50,454 nucleotides of DNA, taken from positions 1 to 50,454 of the forward strand of contig JANOTI010000018.1 of the NCBI GenBank assembly GCA_031416255.1, read 5' to 3'. Position 1 is the first letter of the stretch. Each line of letters begins with the position of its first letter. The notes below the pieces were generated by a model. It was not told the origin of the DNA. It was given only the letters and a program-made list of their open reading frames with translations, and made no database searches. The position numbers were made by a program, and so were the translations under genes. This DNA comes from Sphingomonadales bacterium. GTDB lineage: Bacteria > Pseudomonadota > Alphaproteobacteria > Sphingomonadales > Sphingomonadaceae. Positions 48,820 to 50,454 of the stretch are shown here, in pieces.

Positions 48820-50454
48820 ATGAAACAGATTATTATTGCAACTGCGCTGCTTACTCTGTCGGGTTGCGCCACGCTTCCTGACACTGCCGAACCCGTTGAC
48901 GTAAGAATCATCGGATTTAACGATTTTCACGGTCATCTCGATCCGCCCAAAGCAGCGACGGAAACCATAAACGCAGCAGGCGAGAAAATCCGAGTGCCGT
49001 CTGGCGGCGTTGCTTATCTGGCATCGGCAGTGGATTCGTTGAAGGCAGGGCAGAAAAATACTGTCGTCGTTGCCGCGGGTGACTTGATTGGCGCATCGCC
49101 GTTGTCGTCGTCTTTGTTTCTTGACGAGCCATCGGTGATGGCAATGAATATGGTCGGGCTGGAATTTAACGCTGTCGGCAATCACGAATTCGACCGCGGC
49201 ACCGAAGAATTGCTGCGTATTCAATCGGGCGGGTGCGAGAAATATACAGCCACCGAACCGTGCCGCGTTGACAGGCCCTTTGTTGGCGCGAAATTTCGGC
49301 AACTGGCGGCAAACACGATCAAGGCAGATGGACAGACACTGTTTGCGCCTTACGCAATCAAAACATTCGGCACAGGCCGCAATAGCGTCTCGGTTGGCTT
49401 CATAGGCATGACATTAAAAGGCACCGCCAATCTGGTGTCTGCAGGTCGGATCAAAGGCATCAGCTTTGCCGATGAAACCGAGACGGCCAACGCACTGGTA
49501 CCGAAATTGAAAGCCGCCGGGGCCGATGTCATTGTCGTCCTGATCCATGAAGGGGTCAGCAACCCCGGCGACATCAACAACCCGAAATGCGATGGCGTGG
49601 CAGGTTCGCTAACTGCCATCCTCGACCGGTTGGACGCAGCGATTGACGTAGTAGTGTCAGGCCACACCCACCAAGCCTATGTTTGTGACTATAGCCAGCT
49701 CAATAAGGATCGCCCGACTCTGTTGACCAGCGCCGGTTCGCGCGGACAGGTTGTGACGAGCATCGACCTGAAGATAGATCCTGTCAGCGGAAAATTGCTG
49801 TCCAAATCGGCGCACAATATCGTGGTGCAAAGTGAAGCTTATACCGGCTCGAGCGGTCCGGTTCCTTTGGTGACGGATATTCCTACATTCATCCCGCGTG
49901 CTGATCTGGCTGCTTTAGTTGCCCGCTATCGTGATGCGGCAAAAGCCGATGAAACCCGCGTTGTAGGTTTGCTTGCCGGTCCCGCCACGCGCGAGCAAAG
50001 CCGTTCAGGCGAAAGCCAGATGGGCAACTTGATTGCCGATGCGCAACTTGCGGCCACCCAAGCCGCCGACAATGGCGGCGCGCAAATCGCCTTTATGAAT
50101 CCCGGTGGCATCCGCGCCGAAATCGTGCCGGGGGCAGACGGCACAGTAACCTTTGGCAACGTCTTTTCCGCGCAACCCTTTGGCAACCAGCTGGTAGTCA
50201 AAACCCTGACCGGTAGCCAGTTGAAGGACGTGTTGGAACAACAGTTCAACAACCCAAACTGGGTTCGTGTATTGTCACCATCCAACGGGTTCCGCTTTGG
50301 CTATGACCTGTCGAAGCCACTAGGTCAGCGGGTCTTATTCGCTACGCTGAACGGCGCGCCGATTGATGACGCAAAAAACTATCGTGTTGCCGTTAGCGAC
50401 TTCCTTTCTAATGGCGGCGACCTGTTTGCAGGGTTTGCCGCAGGAACCAACCCG
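48820..50454 (+). CDS. Bifunctional metallophosphatase/5'-nucleotidase lipoprotein, truncated at window edge
   Basis: Not in the ORF track. Read from ATG 48820: MKQIIIATALLTLSGC lipobox, NDFHG, AGD, GNHEFD, SGHTH, NPGGIR, QPFGN. Confidence 0.92.
   Translation, partial: MKQIIIATALLTLSGCATLPDTAEPVDVRIIGFNDFHGHLDPPKAATETINAAGEKIRVPSGGVAYLASAVDSLKAGQKNTVVVAAGDLIGASPLSSSLFLDEPSVMAMNMVGLEFNAVGNHEFDRGTEELLRIQSGGCEKYTATEPCRVDRPFVGAKFRQLAANTIKADGQTLFAPYAIKTFGTGRNSVSVGFIGMTLKGTANLVSAGRIKGISFADETETANALVPKLKAAGADVIVVLIHEGVSNPGDINNPKCDGVAGSLTAILDRLDAAIDVVVSGHTHQAYVCDYSQLNKDRPTLLTSAGSRGQVVTSIDLKIDPVSGKLLSKSAHNIVVQSEAYTGSSGPVPLVTDIPTFIPRADLAALVARYRDAAKADETRVVGLLAGPATREQSRSGESQMGNLIADAQLAATQAADNGGAQIAFMNPGGIRAEIVPGADGTVTFGNVFSAQPFGNQLVVKTLTGSQLKDVLEQQFNNPNWVRVLSPSNGFRFGYDLSKPLGQRVLFATLNGAPIDDAKNYRVAVSDFLSNGGDLFAGFAAGTNP

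Noticed and set aside
48646-50285. Minus-strand ORFs at the right end
   Set aside because: Shadows of the plus-strand 5'-nucleotidase that runs off the window

Overview
Core-genome window of an alphaproteobacterium, most likely Sphingomonadaceae (inferred from gene content and protein style). About 53 CDS: partial methylcrotonyl-CoA carboxylase beta subunit, ribB-ribH, cfa, mscL, lemA-TPM-TPM-NUDIX, hrpB, ispB, a PepSY/OmpR-type two-component operon, dat, an ABC-F ATPase, yajC-secDF, a MacAB-type exporter, an acyl-CoA dehydrogenase pair, an alkyl sulfatase, purine salvage genes, fabD-(crotonase)-fabG-acpP-fabF-mltG, an LD-carboxypeptidase/Mur-ligase pair and a partial 5'-nucleotidase. RNA genes are SRP RNA (ffs) and tRNA-Pro(GGG). 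Five copies of a palindromic intergenic repeat family occur in two architectures. No integrase, transposase, CRISPR or phage structural gene was seen. Two candidate systems stand out. (1) A dispersed gene-transfer-agent (GTA)-like regulon: a DUF6456 (GafZ/GafA-like) gene divergent from an XRE repressor at 22.9-24.1 kb, and an orphan GH108 lysin plus 3TM holin at 35.7-36.8 kb. Their promoter regions share an exact 12-mer, an AACC-N5-GGTT palindrome and an ATGATTCGT motif. (2) A riboflavin enzyme RibB with an N-terminal Cro-like HTH, two operator-like repeats over its own promoter and no visible FMN riboswitch, suggesting an autoregulatory trigger enzyme. All family assignments come from motif recognition by eye; no database searches were run.
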